Below are positions 17,001 through 17,153 of a stretch of 17,153 nucleotides of DNA, piece after piece. The notes beneath the pieces were generated by a model. The model was not told the origin of the DNA and searched no databases. It saw only the letters and a list, made by a program, of their open reading frames with translations. The stretch spans positions 1-17,153 of the forward strand of contig SUPR01000074.1 in assembly GCA_005191425.1 (NCBI GenBank). The letters run 5' to 3'. The position numbers and the translations under genes are program-made. The stretch is from Candidatus Helarchaeota ASGARD archaeon Hel_GB_B. Lineage in GTDB: Archaea > Asgardarchaeota > Lokiarchaeia > Helarchaeales > HEL-GB-B. Position 1 is the first letter of the stretch. Each line of letters begins with the position of its first letter.

Positions 17001-17153
17001 ATTTTGCTTGATATATTCACTTGACCAGCCATTTAATAATGTGGTAGTAGATACTGTTATATTGACATCGGCACCTGCAATACCAGGTTCTCCTTCTGCT
17101 TCAGAATTATTGAAGCTGAATAATAAGGTAATATTATCGCCCCAACATACATC
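14088..17153 (-). CDS. Giant single-pass surface glycoprotein B, 5'-truncated (>=1021 aa visible): Ig-like repeats, C-terminal TM helix, 268-aa cytoplasmic tail
   Basis: The frame is open upstream of the track's ATG at 16943 all the way to 17153 (DVCWGDNITLLFSFNNSEAEGEPGIAGADVNITV...GLGDGVWNFTMNTT), so 16943 is an internal Met. It carries the same repeat consensus as protein A (e.g. PTPWGDQCIFTVNYTDYDRGGIGI...GIYQVRIDTSLLDIG...NYETISVNFTFQVR). Confidence 0.93.
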   Translation of the reverse strand, partial: DVCWGDNITLLFSFNNSEAEGEPGIAGADVNITVSTTTLLNGWSSEYIKQNGNFTYYEVFGLGDGVWNFTMNTTILPILPYQEITLKIHISGKAIFTISSYLNKYVTVINIPTESTRGQYDRVTYAEEASSFNITVRVEDTAHNEWLENNSHATGGSTGQYNNIRFAISMPTYNITYYGHIWQWGNITVDTSQQSLGYYRFTFGFNRSEVDELDNFQIIFEVFGDHIKNSSVSFLIDLLIKTHPTNITANYTVASSIVSGTLYHFPSIEPEYYWGQIVDVWFYWWDLKSSAANPGIITGVSKTTDLQVRLYEEGNTNYSTWFSTAYWELNNTYLETTPDNDSLIGLFRIRIDTSQIYRQFTGKFRLHIHINATEYNRIYLTSELNVSFYIRPVRVNLTMVDDYIVPTPWGDQCIFTVNYTDYDRGGIGIIALLSNIYRNIIGVNQSNQPQINIFPSGDIGIYQVRIDTSLLDIGNHTLNLTFIKLNYETISVNFTFQVRLIKTSIVFYDWESSDGDDIYNISENSMAMRYRHSGLIKFYYQDNETYSNYDYTHSNLGNLRLASYTLLNWPGIFNLSGDVSRGRYAINITCLKAVNVGIYHLQLVSNLTHYETAFLNISVEILPAKTNIIAPIRASFNIYQFFSVQIQIRIINEFGESLDGVINYYLNSSTGEHFKIGSANVVGGVATITLDSSQLKVNQLYYLVIEFVPSSSNYATTNNYNYQSTMSIKPIWEHPLFIAAMVAIAGVATVVVYRRVKWWLKPYQIKEIIKGTKLIKKGKGEAVVPVVKNREELFREIFESNWAALGIVPPKLVEPEIVAFASELSAILRTRITTPEAESLITRLKGLNELEGEQVLAEMNVPPEASKRLLTIIGVIKKEKVEILEFAKALGEIKGSEIDYNQAEEVLNNIRQMTPKDADLYLEAMVIPVDDRIRLLQLAGIPIPKTLRPSAKTQPPSEEIPPKPKKPKKAKIEKEKKLSIEQIKEELDKIPGLSEEEKQDLINDLKNLSLKEQKDILKSLK
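14895..14948 (-). other. Transmembrane helix of protein B
   Basis: LFIAAMVAIAGVATVVVY is followed by RRVKWWLK, consistent with the positive-inside rule and a type I topology. Confidence 0.9.

Noticed and set aside
1-17153. CRISPR array, IS element, rRNA or tRNA
   Set aside because: I saw no regularly spaced nucleotide repeats, transposase motifs, terminal inverted repeats or RNA gene signatures; periodicity exists only at protein level.

Overview
This AT-rich window is most consistent with an Asgard archaeon (Loki/Hel-type). That assignment is inferred from GGTGA-type ribosome-binding sites, a longin-fold protein, an ESCRT-III-like domain and giant glycosylated surface proteins. It holds four real genes. 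(1) A giant minus-strand ORF from 9509 runs off the left edge (>3169 aa) and is missing from the ORF track. It has a signal peptide, two jelly-roll/lectin-like domains and at least 22 Ig-like repeats. (2) A longin + 2x winged-helix protein with an NPRL2-like architecture lies at 9742-10824. (3) A lone plus-strand 710-aa protein at 11715-13847 appears to fuse an ESCRT-III (Vps2/24/46-like) subunit to a beta-sandwich and a CHAT (caspase/separase clan CD) protease with an intact His-Cys dyad. (4) The 3' part of a second giant surface protein (14088 to beyond 17153) has the same repeat family, one TM helix and a 268-aa cytoplasmic tail built of helical repeats. The best candidate for an undescribed system is the ESCRT-III-CHAT fusion sitting between receptor-like surface proteins and a longin protein. 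All domain calls are by eye from translated sequence; no searches were run.
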